A stretch of DNA of 64,000 nucleotides from Spirochaetia bacterium (GCA_963675665.1 OY776510.1:1440001-1504000); one strand, 5' to 3'. Counted from the first letter of the stretch, positions 1 through 11,611 are shown. Made by a program: numbers and translations. Notes: a model not told the origin generated them from the letters alone.

Positions 1-669
1 AACAGCTTTTAAAAATCCTTCCGGAGGAACTACATATCCGCCTTCCCCAAGTATGGGCTCGATTATTATCGCAGCCGTTTCGTCCGGTTTGGTCTGGCTC
101 AAAAGAGTTCGTTTCAGTTCTTTAATGGCGAATTCGGATGTTGTTTCATCGTCCCATCCGTAATAATATGAATATGGATAAGGCGTTACAAAAATACCTG
201 AAACCAGCGGAGAGTATCCTTCCCGGTAAACAGTTTTGCTTGTTGTCATCGCCATGGTAAGATGGGTCCGTCCGTGAAAACTTCCGTTAAAAACAATGAT
301 ATTCGGTTTGCCCGTTGCATGTTTTGCCAGTTTAACTGCGCCTTCAACTGCTTCGGCTCCGCTGCTTGCGAAGAAAAATGTATCAAGGCCTTCAGGAACA
401 ATCGGTTTCAGTTCTTTTACCAGATCGATTAGAGGCTGATGATATACAATATTAAACTGTCCGAAGATCATCTTTTCAGCTTGCTGCTGAATGGCTTTAA
501 CGACTTTCGGATGGCAATGGCCTGTGTTGGTTACGCCGATTCCGCTTGTAAAATCCAGGTATTTGTTTCCTTCTTTGTCGTAAAACCAGCATCCTTTTGC
601 ATGGTCGACCAAAACCTCGGTGGAATGTGTCCAGACTGATGATATTTCCTTTATTTCTTTTGGGTGCAT
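1..669 (-). CDS. Class III PLP aminotransferase (4-aminobutyrate/GabT-like), truncated at window start
   Basis: Manual translation from ATG at 669 gives MHPKEIKEISSVWTHSTEVLVDHAKGCWFYDKEGNKYLDFTSGIGVTNTGHCHPKV...AAIIIEPILGEGGYVVPP, the class III motifs. Not in the ORF track because it runs off the edge. Confidence 0.9.
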   Translation of the reverse strand, partial: MHPKEIKEISSVWTHSTEVLVDHAKGCWFYDKEGNKYLDFTSGIGVTNTGHCHPKVVKAIQQQAEKMIFGQFNIVYHQPLIDLVKELKPIVPEGLDTFFFASSGAEAVEGAVKLAKHATGKPNIIVFNGSFHGRTHLTMAMTTSKTVYREGYSPLVSGIFVTPYPYSYYYGWDDETTSEFAIKELKRTLLSQTKPDETAAIIIEPILGEGGYVVPPEGFLKAV

Positions 670-2093
670 TTTTCCCTCCGTGCATAGTCTTCTCCAAAAA
701 CCAGAAATTCTCTTTCCTCGGGAGTTATGTCTTTATAGAAATATTTTGCCATGGCCGCCAGAATGATTCCCAGGCCGATCCACCCGAATATCAGAAGCCA
801 CTCATACGGCCATGCCAACGAGCCCGGCCCGATAGGAAGATAAAGTGTTATAAATATAAGGGTAATTATCAGGGCAATTCCGCCTACCAGTTTTCCTCTT
901 TTCACTTTAAATGGTCTGGTAAGGTTTTTTTCATTTTTTCTCAGGAATAAAAATGAAAGGGCTACAAGGAAATATGCGATAACTGTTCCGAAGGCGCTTG
1001 CGTTGACAAACCAGACAAGAGCATTTTTTCCCATCAGAGGAGAAAGGCAGCAGATTATGCCGACAAGTATAATTGAAGCTGTCGGCGTTTTGTATTTGGG
1101 ATGAACCTTTCCGAATATTGCAGGAAGCATTTTGGCTCTTCCCATTGCAAACAAAACACGCGTCCCGCCTACTATAAAACCGTTCCAGCTTGTAAGAATA
1201 CCGCACATAGCTCCTCCGATTAGTATTTTACCGAATACCGGAGAACGGAAAGCAAATGCCATGGCGTCGGCTACCGGGACTACGCCGGAATTCCTGACCT
1301 CTGCCGGTGCGGAGAGGGAGATTCCAAGAATCATTAAAAAATACCACGATGCCGCCATTATTATTGAAACAATAAGTACGCCTGCAATCTGTTTCAGAGG
1401 AATATTCATCTCCTCGGCCGATTGGGGAATAACATCAAAGCCGACAAACATTGAAGGCGCCATAAGTAATACCGCAACCATTCCGCCTCCGCTGGTAAAA
1501 ACCGGAACCATGTTTTTTGTGTCGCCAAAAGCTACCCCGCCGAATATAAATAAAATTCCGACAAGCACCAGTCCTGCGGTAGCCATTACCTGAAAAATTG
1601 CTGATGTTTTTGCTCCCAGATAGTTTAAAATAGATAAAACTACAGCTCCGATTATGCCTATAATTGCCCAGGAGATATAAACTGAATACCCTGCAACGTC
1701 CCATAAGTGGCCTATGCTCGGAATGGGAAGCAAATAGTTGATAGCCGTGGAAATGGCGATGCCTTCCCATGCTGCTACTCCAATATAGGCAAAAGCTATT
1801 GCCCATGCGGTAACCCATGCCATATTATAGCCCATGCCCCGGTAGGCAAACACCATTTCGCCGCCTGCCAGCGGCAGGGCAGGGGTCAGCTCGGCATAGG
1901 TCAGCCCTACAAAGACGCACATAATTGCGCCGATGATGAAAGCCAGAATAGCTCCAACCACTCCAGCCTGCTGGACCCAGTAACCGGCCAGCATAACCCA
2001 GCCCCAACCTATCATTGTGCCGAAAGCCATGGCCAGGACGTCTGTTCTTCCAAGGACTTTACTCAGGCTTTTTCTTTCTTCTGCCATAAACAC
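651..2093 (-). CDS. APC-family amino acid/amine permease
   Basis: 480 aa with about 12 hydrophobic segments and GTMIGWGW and GFDVIPQSAEE APC motifs. Confidence 0.9.
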   Translation of the reverse strand: MFMAEERKSLSKVLGRTDVLAMAFGTMIGWGWVMLAGYWVQQAGVVGAILAFIIGAIMCVFVGLTYAELTPALPLAGGEMVFAYRGMGYNMAWVTAWAIAFAYIGVAAWEGIAISTAINYLLPIPSIGHLWDVAGYSVYISWAIIGIIGAVVLSILNYLGAKTSAIFQVMATAGLVLVGILFIFGGVAFGDTKNMVPVFTSGGGMVAVLLMAPSMFVGFDVIPQSAEEMNIPLKQIAGVLIVSIIMAASWYFLMILGISLSAPAEVRNSGVVPVADAMAFAFRSPVFGKILIGGAMCGILTSWNGFIVGGTRVLFAMGRAKMLPAIFGKVHPKYKTPTASIILVGIICCLSPLMGKNALVWFVNASAFGTVIAYFLVALSFLFLRKNEKNLTRPFKVKRGKLVGGIALIITLIFITLYLPIGPGSLAWPYEWLLIFGWIGLGIILAAMAKYFYKDITPEEREFLVFGEDYARREKCTQKK

Positions 2094-2121
2094 TCCTTAT
2101 TTTCTCGATTGGGAATGAGTT

Positions 2122-2137
2122 AGCAGGTTCTGTGCCA
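2122..2137 (-). promoter_or_regulatory. sigma54 (-24/-12) promoter of the permease-aminotransferase operon
   Basis: Minus strand reads TGGCACAGAACCTGCT, matching TGGCAC-N5-TTGC(A/T), next to a sigma54 activator gene. Confidence 0.8.
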
Positions 2138-2246
2138 GTAGCGGCAGAATTGCCAAATAAAAACATAACTCATTGTAATATAAGTAAATAATAGATAAAC
2201 ATCTCCGGCGGGCCAATTGTATTTCTTATTCAGCCCGGCTAAATGA

Positions 2247-2281
2247 TGGAAATTAATTTCCAGGTATGGAAATTAATTTCC
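2247..2281. promoter_or_regulatory. Tandem palindromic enhancer (UAS) for the sigma54 activator
   Basis: GGAAATTAATTTCC palindrome occurs twice, 20 bp apart (within 2247-2262 and 2267-2281), about 110-145 bp upstream of the sigma54 promoter. Confidence 0.65.
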
Positions 2282-3624
2282 TAATTAATATTATATTCCT
2301 GGATCTTGTTAAAAAGTTGTCGCCTGCTTATTCCCAGTTTTTTTGCGGCAGCAGTTATATTATGCTGACAATTTTCCAGCATTTCGCAGATATATTCTGC
2401 TTCACGGTTTTTACGAAATTCAATCAGTCCCGGATGCTCGCGGGTTTCCACAATTTCCTGTTTTTTACCGGGAGGAAGGTCCCTGTTGCTGATTATACCG
2501 TTCTCGGAAAGAACACACAGCCTTTCTGTAAGGTTTTTCAATTCTCTGATGTTGCCGGGGTAGGAATAGCTTTCCAGAAATTCATAAACTTCAGGTTCAA
2601 TAAGAGAAATCCCTTTTTTTTGCTCTGAAGCGGTTTTCTGAAAGAAAAAATCAATAAGCATGCGCAAGTCTTCTTTTCTGTTTCTGAGCGGAGGGATGGT
2701 CATTGTTATTGTTCCGATACGGTAAAAAAGATCTTCCCGGAAATTTCCGATGGCCTTTTCTTCTTCTATGTGACGATTGGTTGCGCATATTAAACGGAAA
2801 TCGAGACTGATTTGGCGGTTGCTGCCTATTCGTTCTATGGTTTTTGTTTCCAGGACCCTTAGCAATTTGGACTGGGCGGAAAGAGGCAGTTCTCCTATCT
2901 CGTCAAGGAAGAGGGTCCCTCCCTCGGCTGCTTCCATCTTTCCTATGCGGGCTTCGGCAGCGCCGGTGAAAGCCCCTTTCTCATACCCGAACAGCTCCGC
3001 TTCAAGCAGGGATTCCGGTATGGCATGGCAATTAATCGGCATAAAAATATCTGAACTTCTCGGGCTAAGCTGATGAATCAACCTGGCTATGATTTCTTTT
3101 CCGACACCTGATTCTCCGAGAAGCAGCACAGGGCAGTTTGTCGCCGCGCTTTTCTCTGCAACCCTCAGAATTTCCCTGAATTCCGTGTTTCTTGTTTCAA
3201 GCATGAATTCGCTGAAAGGGCTTTCTCTTAAATAACTGCTTCTCCTGAGTTTTTTTATGCTGAATAATTTATCAACCTCCGTCAGAAGTTCTTCTACCGG
3301 ATTTCCTTTAATAACATATGTAAATGCCCCTATCTGCATTGCTCTTACAGCATCCTGAATTGTTCCGTAGCCGGTAATGATAATTACCTCGGTTTCAGGG
3401 AATAGTTTTTTTACTTTAAGAAGAAGATCAATACCGTTCATTTCGGCCATGATATAATCGGTTATCAGCAAATCAAAATTGGCAAATTCCAGTTCCTTTA
3501 AAGCAGTTATTGCATTAGAGCAGGTTTTTACCGAATATCCCTGTTTATTCAGGATAAAAGACAAGGTCTCAATTTGTTCAGGTTCATCATCAACTATCAG
3601 GATTCTAAAATGTTCTCTGTTCAT
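2281..3624 (-). CDS. NtrC/AtoC-type sigma54-dependent response regulator
   Basis: REC domain, Walker A GESGVGKE, GAFTGA loop, FLDEIG, C-terminal Fis-type HTH. Confidence 0.95.
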   Translation of the reverse strand: MNREHFRILIVDDEPEQIETLSFILNKQGYSVKTCSNAITALKELEFANFDLLITDYIMAEMNGIDLLLKVKKLFPETEVIIITGYGTIQDAVRAMQIGAFTYVIKGNPVEELLTEVDKLFSIKKLRRSSYLRESPFSEFMLETRNTEFREILRVAEKSAATNCPVLLLGESGVGKEIIARLIHQLSPRSSDIFMPINCHAIPESLLEAELFGYEKGAFTGAAEARIGKMEAAEGGTLFLDEIGELPLSAQSKLLRVLETKTIERIGSNRQISLDFRLICATNRHIEEEKAIGNFREDLFYRIGTITMTIPPLRNRKEDLRMLIDFFFQKTASEQKKGISLIEPEVYEFLESYSYPGNIRELKNLTERLCVLSENGIISNRDLPPGKKQEIVETREHPGLIEFRKNREAEYICEMLENCQHNITAAAKKLGISRRQLFNKIQEYNIN

Positions 3625-5654
3625 ACATTATCCCTTATTAAATGCGGTCCGGGAATAAAAAACTCAAATAATGTGCCTTTATTAAGTTCGCTTGTAACGG
3701 TAATTTCTCCCCCGGCTTTTTGTATTTCGTAATAGGTCAGATACAACCCGAGCCCCGTTCCGGAATGTTTTTTTGTAGTAAAAAAAGGTTCGAATATTCT
3801 GTCTATATTCTCTTCCGGAATACCGTCTCCTGTATCTCTGCATTGAAAGAGTAGTCCGTTTTTATGCATCAGGCAGCACAGGGAAAGTGTTCCGCCGTTT
3901 TGCATCGAGTCGATTGCATTTGCTATAAGATTCATTAAAATTATTTCTATCGCTTCCTTGTGGATAAGACAGGATTCTTTACAGCAATCAATTTTTGTAG
4001 AGATGTTTTGTTTTTTCAAATCATTTTTATGGAAAAGAATTATCATGTTGATAATTTCATCCATGTTTACAGCTTCCCATTTCTCATCGCTGATGCGGGA
4101 AAAATTCAACAAATTGTTGATTATTCCGTTAGCTTTGTTTAAGGCTTTATTAATAAGGGCAAATTGCTTTTCTTTCACAATCGGTGATTCTCTTGCGGAC
4201 AGTTCTTCCAGGATGTAACAGGAATTCCTGACAAGAGCCAGCGGGTTCCTGATTTCATGGGCTACGCCGGCCGCCAACTGTCCGATTGCAGCCATTTTAT
4301 TATTCTGCAACAGTTGCCGTTCGCTCAGTTTTTGTTGAGTTACATCATTTATCAGAATTAAAACTTCCCGGCTGCTTTCCTGTTTCTGTTTCAACGGCAT
4401 CCCGGAGAATAGAAAAGCCCGTCCCTTTTCCCATATCTGTAAATGTTCTGATGACAAGGTTTCGGAAGAAAAGCTGCTGTTTCTTTCCTTGAACAGCGAA
4501 CTGATCTTTTCTTTCATCAATGAAGGTAATGAATCAATCTGCGTGAAAGTTTTTCCGATGCAATCGCTTTTCGGCAGCCCTGCAAACGAACAGAAGGCCT
4601 GGTTCGAGTTTGTGATTATTCCCTCTTCGTTAATAACAAGAATAAGGGCCTTCAGGCTGTCGAAAATTATCTGAAGGTTTTCTTTATTGTCCAGAATTTC
4701 ATCCGAGCGAAATTTCAGTTCCTTGTATACTCCCTTATGCGATGAATAAAAAAAATAAAAAATGATTATCAGGGACATGGATAGAATGATTATTATAATG
4801 GTGATACGCTCGCTTATATTCTCCCTGACAAGAGGCAAAGATAATCCGAACCACCGCCGCTGAAGAAGAACAAGCCTGTCTTCAAGCGTGCTGTTATGTA
4901 TAGTTTTATTAAGAATATGATACAAAATGACATTCTTCCTGTTTACGGCAAATACGAGATGAGTCTTATATTCATATATTGGCAATGGATCGAAATAATC
5001 TGAGACCTCTTTTTGTTCGAGTTGCCTTAGAATTACGGGTTCCCAGCCGGTGATGCCTTCTCCTTCCGAGTTGATAGTTAAATTGAAGCCTTCTTTCCAT
5101 GTTGAAAATGTTTCTCCAGGCATAAACAGTTCCTTTGTTTCTTCACGTGTAAAAAAAGAATCCTGTTGAAGGAAATTGATTCTGGACGGAGTTGTTTCAG
5201 ATGAGAGCCTTTTTAACACTATTCCGCGAACCTGTAAAAACGGATAGGAGAAAAGATAATTTTTTTCCATGGTCACAGTAGGAGCAAAAATGCAGAAATC
5301 AATCTCGCTGTTTTGTATGGCGGGGAATATTTGATCAGGGGAATATGGTTTAATCAATATACGGGTCTCGGTAAAACGTTCAATTTCGGTAAGCAGGTCC
5401 GGGATGATTCCAGTGGGTTTATTGTTTGTCGAATCCCAACCCTCCAGCGGGAACAGCTCTTCAGAAAGACCGTAAACAAGTTCTCCCCTGCTTTGCAGCC
5501 ATTGCTGCTCTTCCTTTGTAAACGGGGTTTCATCCTTAATGGCGGTCATAAGCCCCCTGCCTACATTTTGATGAAGACGCTGGTTGATTAACAATAGAAA
5601 AACCACAATGAAAACCGAGAATAGGAATATTATCCTGCTATATGGAATTTTCAT
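3621..5654 (-). CDS. Sensor histidine kinase with periplasmic solute-binding-like domain and PAS
   Basis: Two TM segments, H-box AHEIRNPL, N-box NLIANAIDSM, G-boxes DTGDGI and GTGLGL. Confidence 0.92.
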   Translation of the reverse strand: MKIPYSRIIFLFSVFIVVFLLLINQRLHQNVGRGLMTAIKDETPFTKEEQQWLQSRGELVYGLSEELFPLEGWDSTNNKPTGIIPDLLTEIERFTETRILIKPYSPDQIFPAIQNSEIDFCIFAPTVTMEKNYLFSYPFLQVRGIVLKRLSSETTPSRINFLQQDSFFTREETKELFMPGETFSTWKEGFNLTINSEGEGITGWEPVILRQLEQKEVSDYFDPLPIYEYKTHLVFAVNRKNVILYHILNKTIHNSTLEDRLVLLQRRWFGLSLPLVRENISERITIIIIILSMSLIIIFYFFYSSHKGVYKELKFRSDEILDNKENLQIIFDSLKALILVINEEGIITNSNQAFCSFAGLPKSDCIGKTFTQIDSLPSLMKEKISSLFKERNSSFSSETLSSEHLQIWEKGRAFLFSGMPLKQKQESSREVLILINDVTQQKLSERQLLQNNKMAAIGQLAAGVAHEIRNPLALVRNSCYILEELSARESPIVKEKQFALINKALNKANGIINNLLNFSRISDEKWEAVNMDEIINMIILFHKNDLKKQNISTKIDCCKESCLIHKEAIEIILMNLIANAIDSMQNGGTLSLCCLMHKNGLLFQCRDTGDGIPEENIDRIFEPFFTTKKHSGTGLGLYLTYYEIQKAGGEITVTSELNKGTLFEFFIPGPHLIRDNV

Positions 5655-5928
5655 TTCAGATACCTTTCAAAATCCTACTATGTTTTATGTTTTTGTCAAG
5701 TTAAAAACTTTTGGCTGTTTTTAATAGCTGATTTCATGGTATGGAAGGAAATCGGCAACCGCTGTTCAGACAACGGTATTGTAGCGTTCATTTCCGAGAT
5801 ATCTTTATACTCCTATTGAATTTATATTGTTTTTTTACTACACTGCCTATCCAGAACAAAAAATGCAGAGCGTGTGTTTGAATTCGCGTTTTCTAACGAG
5901 TATAATTACTTTGAGAGGTTTATATACA

Positions 5929-8013
5929 ATGACAACACTTGATAAAATGAGAAACATTGGTATCAGTGCGCACATCGATTCAGGTAAGACCACTCTCACA
6001 GAGAGAATCCTGTATTATTGTAACAAGATTCATGCAATCCATGAAGTGCGTGGAAAAGACGGTGTTGGTGCTACAATGGACTCAATGGAGCTGGAGAAAG
6101 AACGGGGAATCACAATCGCTTCGGCTGCTACAAACGTTGAATGGAAAGAGCATCCAATAAATATCATAGACACTCCGGGGCACGTTGACTTTACAATCGA
6201 GGTTGAACGGTCCCTGCGTGTTCTGGACGGGGCCATTTTGGTCCTCTGTTCAGTCGGCGGTGTTCAGTCACAGTCGATTACTGTAGACAGACAGCTCAAA
6301 CGGTATAAAGTTCCGCGGCTGGCGTTTGTCAACAAATGCGACAGGACAGGAGCCGACCCCCTGAAAGTCTGCGGCCAGCTTCGCGACAAACTCGGGCTTA
6401 ATTCTGTAATGATGCAGCTTCCTATCGGGCTCGAAGAAAAGCACGAGGGCGTTATCGATCTTGTAACCATGAAAGCTGTTTATTTCAGGGGCGAGAGCGG
6501 TGATGAAATCGTCATCGAAGATATACCTGCAGACCGGCTTGCTGAAGCTGAAGAGTACAGGGAAAAAATGCTGGATGCCGCTTCGATGTTCAGCGATGAG
6601 CTGATGGAAGCGATGATGGAAGAGACCGTCAGTGAAGAGCTTATTAATAAAGCCGTTCGAAAAGGAACCATAGCAAATGAGCTTTGCCCCGTCTTTCTCG
6701 GAAGCGCGTATAAAAACAAGGGCGTGCAATCTTTGCTTGATGCTGTAATAGCTTATCTTCCGGATCCCCGCGAGGTAGAGAATATCGCGCTTGATCTGGA
6801 TAATGAGGAAGCTGAGGTTGTACTTGAGGCTGATCCGAAAAAACCGACGGTAGCGCTCGCTTTTAAGCTTGAGGACGGGCAGTACGGCCAGTTGACCTAT
6901 ATCAGGGTATATCAGGGCCAGGTAAAGAAGGGATCGGAGCTTTTTAATACAAGAAGCAGGAAGAAGTTTAAAATCGGCCGTCTGATCAGAATGCATGCGG
7001 ACCATATGGAAGACATAACAGAGGCCGGATGCGGAGATATTGTAGCACTGTTCGGTATTGAATGTGCATCGGGCGATACCTTCTGTGCGACGTCGCTTAA
7101 TTATTCCATGACGTCGATGTATGTGCCGGCCCCGGTTATTTCCCTTGCAGTAGAGCCCGTAGACAAGAAATCAGCCGACAATATGGGCAAAGCACTCAAC
7201 AGGTTTACCAAGGAAGACCCGACATTCAGAACTTATGTCGATCCTGAATCAAACCAGACAATCATACAGGGAATGGGCGAGCTTCACCTTGATGTTTACA
7301 TTGAAAGAATGAAAAGAGAGTACAAGGCTGAGGTTGAAACCGGAATGCCGCAGGTTGCATACCGTGAGGCTATCGGGGCAAGGGCCGAGTTCAACTACAC
7401 TCACAAAAAGCAGTCCGGTGGTTCCGGTCAGTACGGACGTGTTGCCGGGTTTATCGAACCGCTTGAAGAGGAAGAGTACGAATTTGTAAACCAGATTAAG
7501 GGCGGCGCCATTCCGACTGAATATATTCCCGCCTGTGACAAGGGTTTTAAAGCGTCTCTTGAGAAAGGATCACTTATCGGCTTCCCGATTGTCGGTGTAA
7601 AAGTTACAATTAACGACGGTCAGTCTCACTCCGTCGATTCTTCCGATATGGCTTTCCAGTTGGCCGCAATTGGGGCATTCAAGGAAGCATATTCCAAAGC
7701 CAAACCCCAGATCCTTGAACCGATTATGAAAGTGACCGTAGAAGGTCCTACTGAGTTTCAGGGAAACATTTTCGGGTCGATCAACCAGAGACGCGGTGTG
7801 ATAATAGCATCTGTAGAGGAAGGGCTGTATTCAACTGTAGAGGCTGAGGTTCCCATGAGTGAGATGTTCGGTTATTCCACTGTTCTGAGATCGCTTACCC
7901 AGGGTAAGGCTGAGTACACTATGGAATTTCTGAAGTACGGCAAGGTCCCAAGAAGTATTTCTGAGGAACTTATCAAAGAACATGAGCAGAAGAAAAAAGA
8001 GCAGAATAAGTAA
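5929..8013 (+). CDS. fusA: Elongation factor G (spirochaete/mitochondrial EF-G1 type)
   Basis: [19 protein letters not shown] and NKCD motifs; [12 protein letters not shown] signature. Start placed at ATG 5929 after GAGAGG. Confidence 0.95.
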   Translation: MTTLDKMRNIGISAHIDSGKTTLTERILYYCNKIHAIHEVRGKDGVGATMDSMELEKERGITIASAATNVEWKEHPINIIDTPGHVDFTIEVERSLRVLDGAILVLCSVGGVQSQSITVDRQLKRYKVPRLAFVNKCDRTGADPLKVCGQLRDKLGLNSVMMQLPIGLEEKHEGVIDLVTMKAVYFRGESGDEIVIEDIPADRLAEAEEYREKMLDAASMFSDELMEAMMEETVSEELINKAVRKGTIANELCPVFLGSAYKNKGVQSLLDAVIAYLPDPREVENIALDLDNEEAEVVLEADPKKPTVALAFKLEDGQYGQLTYIRVYQGQVKKGSELFNTRSRKKFKIGRLIRMHADHMEDITEAGCGDIVALFGIECASGDTFCATSLNYSMTSMYVPAPVISLAVEPVDKKSADNMGKALNRFTKEDPTFRTYVDPESNQTIIQGMGELHLDVYIERMKREYKAEVETGMPQVAYREAIGARAEFNYTHKKQSGGSGQYGRVAGFIEPLEEEEYEFVNQIKGGAIPTEYIPACDKGFKASLEKGSLIGFPIVGVKVTINDGQSHSVDSSDMAFQLAAIGAFKEAYSKAKPQILEPIMKVTVEGPTEFQGNIFGSINQRRGVIIASVEEGLYSTVEAEVPMSEMFGYSTVLRSLTQGKAEYTMEFLKYGKVPRSISEELIKEHEQKKKEQNK

Positions 8014-8027
8014 GGGAGTATAGAGAT

Positions 8028-8729
8028 ATGGTAAAAGCAGAACTTAATAAAAGAAGTCCTCTTCGTATTTTTGAGAATTCAATAAACGGAGGGGTCGGTA
8101 AAGGGAATATAGGTGTCCTTACTTCACGGAAGGGAGTTGGTAAAACTGCCTGCCTTGTGCATATAGCAATGGATAAACTGTTTCGCGGTCGCCATGTTAT
8201 TCATGTGTCATTTTCTTCTAAAGTAGATCATATATCCATGTGGTATGAGGACATCTTCAAGGAAATCGCTAAAAAGCGCGAACTTGAAAATGCAGTTGAG
8301 GTTCATGATGAAATAATAAAGAACCGGGTAATCATGAACTTTAATCAGGAAGGAATTGATACCGAGCATATTCTTAAAAGTATTTCAGCCATGATAGAGC
8401 AGGGTCATTTTGCTGCTGATGCGATAATAATTGACGGTTATGATTATGCAAAGGCTTCAAGAGATGATCTTAAAGCTTTAAGTGATTTTGCCAAAGAGAC
8501 CAATCTTGAAATTTGGACATCGGTGTCGCTTCAGAAAGATGAACCGTACGATGAAAACGGAATGCCCATTGTGCTTAAAGACTATCTTGAAAGCCTGGCT
8601 GTAATTATTACACTGATGTATGAAGGCGATTTTGTGCATCTGAAGGTTGTGAAAGACCATGATGATTTGTCTCCGAAAGAGATGGAGCTGAAACTGGATC
8701 CAAAAACGCTGCTAATTGCTGAAAAATAA
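8028..8729 (+). CDS. Uncharacterised RecA/DnaB-fold P-loop NTPase-like protein
   Basis: SRKGVGKT Walker A-like and IIIDG Walker B-like motifs; lies directly after fusA. Confidence 0.6.
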   Translation: MVKAELNKRSPLRIFENSINGGVGKGNIGVLTSRKGVGKTACLVHIAMDKLFRGRHVIHVSFSSKVDHISMWYEDIFKEIAKKRELENAVEVHDEIIKNRVIMNFNQEGIDTEHILKSISAMIEQGHFAADAIIIDGYDYAKASRDDLKALSDFAKETNLEIWTSVSLQKDEPYDENGMPIVLKDYLESLAVIITLMYEGDFVHLKVVKDHDDLSPKEMELKLDPKTLLIAEK

Positions 8730-8747
8730 AAATAATTGATAATTAAT

Positions 8748-8781
8748 GGGATATTCTGCTGTCGGAATATCCCGTTTTTTT
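8748..8781 (+). terminator. Intrinsic terminator of the fusA operon
   Basis: GGGATATTC...GAATATCCC stem followed by a T-tract. Confidence 0.85.
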
Positions 8782-8943
8782 GTAATTCTGTTAACATTTG
8801 TCAAAATTGACTAAACAATTTCTTAACATTTATTTAATCCTGCTTGCAGGACTTACATTTCGCTATTATAATTGACAATCAAATAATATTTTACCTTTTT
8901 GAAAGATCATGGAAAGTTCCCACTATAAAAATAAGGAGTACCA

Positions 8944-10923
8944 ATGAGAATCGGGAGAAAACTAAATCTGTTGATTATAGCGGTGATAGTTGCAATTCTT
9001 ATAGGGATAGGTATTTTTGTAATAAATTATATTCCTGCAGCTAAAATGAAAACGGAAAAAGATTCGCTGTTTGCGCTGGACTCGGCAATATCTGAACTCA
9101 GAGCTGACATTAACAAGATGCCTACCGCTTCGTTCGACAGTCAGTTGCAGGAAGTCCTTCTGAAAAATGAAGTTCTTAAGCTTCAGTTTGAGCAGATAGA
9201 CGGTTTTGAATACCTGAAAAAGGACCCGGAAATAGAGGAATCTCTCAGTATCATATCAAGACTCTACTCGCTTTTTGAGGTTAATTACGAGACTTTTCTC
9301 AGTACGACATCAAGAATGGTGCCGCATCTGGAAGAAGTTTTCCTCAGCGATAAAATTAAACTGGACGGCGTCAGAAGTTCAAGAATGTTGGAACGGTATG
9401 AAAAGAAAGCCGAATTCTTAAGCCTGATGGACAGCTTGTATTCCGTTATTTCAATTATCGACAGCAACCTTATCTCGACCCACCTTGTGGCTGAAGAGCA
9501 GTTTGAATTGATTAATTCATTGATAGTAGCCCGGGAAAAGAATTCCTATATTCTCGGAATATCGATAGTGGTGATACTGAGCATGATAGCTTTTCTGGCT
9601 GCGCTGATGATTACCAGAAGAATAACCAAAAACATACAGATTGCAGGTGAGGGCATAAAAAGGATGAGTGCCGGAGACCTCTCCGCAAGTTTTGAAATAA
9701 AATCAAAAGATGAACTGGGAGAACTCGGCAGTGATCTGAACATGCTGACCGACAGCCTGAAGACGGCGTTGCGTTCGATGAAGAACAGTTCCAACCGCGG
9801 AGTTGATCTGAAACAGGAGCTTATAGCTTCGGCTAACCAGACTTCGGCTGCAGCAGCCCAGATTGCGGCTAACAGCAAAGCAATATCGAACCAGTTCAAT
9901 ATGCTTTCGGAGAAGGTTGAAGGTGCTGCAAGGGCTAATCAAAGCATGAAAAACAGTCTTCAATCACTTGACGAAAATGTTCAGGAGCAGACTGCGATGG
10001 TTGAGGAATCAACCTCTTCTGTTACCGAAATGATTAGTTCAATCAATAACGTGGCTGAAATTACAACAAGGAAAAAAACTGCTACTGATATTCTCGTAAA
10101 AACTGCAGAATCCGGCGGTTCAAAATTGAGCGCTACAATTCAGGTAATAAACGAGATTAATGAAAGCCTTGATCAGATAAAGGGAATGGCAGGTATTATT
10201 CAGCAGATTGCCAGTCAGACGAACCTTCTTGCAATGAACGCGGCAATAGAAGCAGCGCACGCAGGAGACGCCGGCCGGGGTTTCGCGGTTGTAGCAGATG
10301 AAATCAGAAAGCTTGCAGAAGCCTCGTCAATGAATTCCAAACAGATCGGCGGTGTTTTAAAGGAAGTAGTTGTCCGAATAGAGACCGCTTCTACGTCAGG
10401 ACATGAAACAGAGGCTGCATTTACCGAAATTGACAGGGAAGTAAAGAGCGTAGCACAGTCGCTCGATGAAATCAGCGCAAGTATGGATGAATTGAATGTA
10501 GGCGGGAAACAAATCCTTGAAGCAATGACAGGTCTGCAGGATGTATCGGTAAATGTCGCCGGTGGTTCCGGCAAGATGGCGGATTCCTCAGGCAGCGTTA
10601 CCGAAGCAATAGAAATCGTATCGCGTATTACGACCGAAGTAGCCGAAAGCGCTAACGAAATTTCAATTGGAATTTCCGAAGTCAGCAACGCCATGATGCT
10701 TGTTAATGAACTGTCGAATAATCTTGGGGAGATAACCGATAAACTCGAGGAAGAAGCTGCCAGGTTCAAAACTGAAGAACAGGAAGAAACGGAAAATGCT
10801 GAAGACTCTGATGAACAAGATAATTACCAGTCAATAAAAACTCCTGCAGAGGAGATAACTACCGTTATGATGGCCGGTGACAGTGAATTGACTGCTGATA
10901 TCGAAGCGCTTGATGAAGAATAG
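8944..10923 (+). CDS. Methyl-accepting chemotaxis protein
   Basis: Two TMs, HAMP domain and the signalling hairpin [34 protein letters not shown]. Confidence 0.95.
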   Translation: MRIGRKLNLLIIAVIVAILIGIGIFVINYIPAAKMKTEKDSLFALDSAISELRADINKMPTASFDSQLQEVLLKNEVLKLQFEQIDGFEYLKKDPEIEESLSIISRLYSLFEVNYETFLSTTSRMVPHLEEVFLSDKIKLDGVRSSRMLERYEKKAEFLSLMDSLYSVISIIDSNLISTHLVAEEQFELINSLIVAREKNSYILGISIVVILSMIAFLAALMITRRITKNIQIAGEGIKRMSAGDLSASFEIKSKDELGELGSDLNMLTDSLKTALRSMKNSSNRGVDLKQELIASANQTSAAAAQIAANSKAISNQFNMLSEKVEGAARANQSMKNSLQSLDENVQEQTAMVEESTSSVTEMISSINNVAEITTRKKTATDILVKTAESGGSKLSATIQVINEINESLDQIKGMAGIIQQIASQTNLLAMNAAIEAAHAGDAGRGFAVVADEIRKLAEASSMNSKQIGGVLKEVVVRIETASTSGHETEAAFTEIDREVKSVAQSLDEISASMDELNVGGKQILEAMTGLQDVSVNVAGGSGKMADSSGSVTEAIEIVSRITTEVAESANEISIGISEVSNAMMLVNELSNNLGEITDKLEEEAARFKTEEQEETENAEDSDEQDNYQSIKTPAEEITTVMMAGDSELTADIEALDEE

Positions 10924-10933
10924 GGCTCTGATT

Positions 10934-11611
10934 TTATCGGCTTCGGCTAATATTTCGCCTTTTACAATGTGATGTAATTACGCATTTTGAACACCAGGGC
11001 GACTGGGGTGTGCATATTTTTTGTCCGTAACTGACCAGTATTTCATTTAACGGTATCCAGTATTTTTCGGGCAGGATTTTTTCGAGTGCAAGTTCGGTTT
11101 CATCAGGAAGTTTTGTTGTTACCCAACCGGTGCGGTTTGAAATTCTGTGTACATGCGTATCAACACAAATCGCATTGATTCCGAACCCCAGGTTCAGGGT
11201 CAGGTTCGCTGTTTTCCGTCCCACGCCCGGAAGCGTTAAAAGTTCATCGCGATCGGCCGGAATATTCCCGTTATATTTATCCGCCAGTATTTTTGCGCAT
11301 TTTTTTATTCCTGAGGCTTTGTTCCGATAGAAAGCTGCAGGATAAATCAAGTCTGAAATCTCGGTTTCAGAAAGCTGTAAAATTTCATATAGATTGGGAG
11401 CCCGTTTAAAAAGCCGTTCGGAGGCTGCAAGTGTAACCTCGTCCCTTGTGCGCAGTGAGATAATTGTTGAGAAAAGAACCCTGTATGGAGAATTGTCGTC
11501 CTCGGCAATCTGTGATACAGAAGGCAGCGCATTGTTTTTTATATAGGTTTGGAGTTGTCTGAATATTAAGTCCCATTCAGGAATAATTCCGGCTGCAGTT
11601 TTTTCAGCCAT
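10934..11611 (-). CDS. nth: Endonuclease III
   Basis: HhH motif LPGVGRKTA, VDTH, and the C-x6-C-x2-C-x5-C Fe-S motif. Confidence 0.93.
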   Translation of the reverse strand: MAEKTAAGIIPEWDLIFRQLQTYIKNNALPSVSQIAEDDNSPYRVLFSTIISLRTRDEVTLAASERLFKRAPNLYEILQLSETEISDLIYPAAFYRNKASGIKKCAKILADKYNGNIPADRDELLTLPGVGRKTANLTLNLGFGINAICVDTHVHRISNRTGWVTTKLPDETELALEKILPEKYWIPLNEILVSYGQKICTPQSPWCSKCVITSHCKRRNISRSR

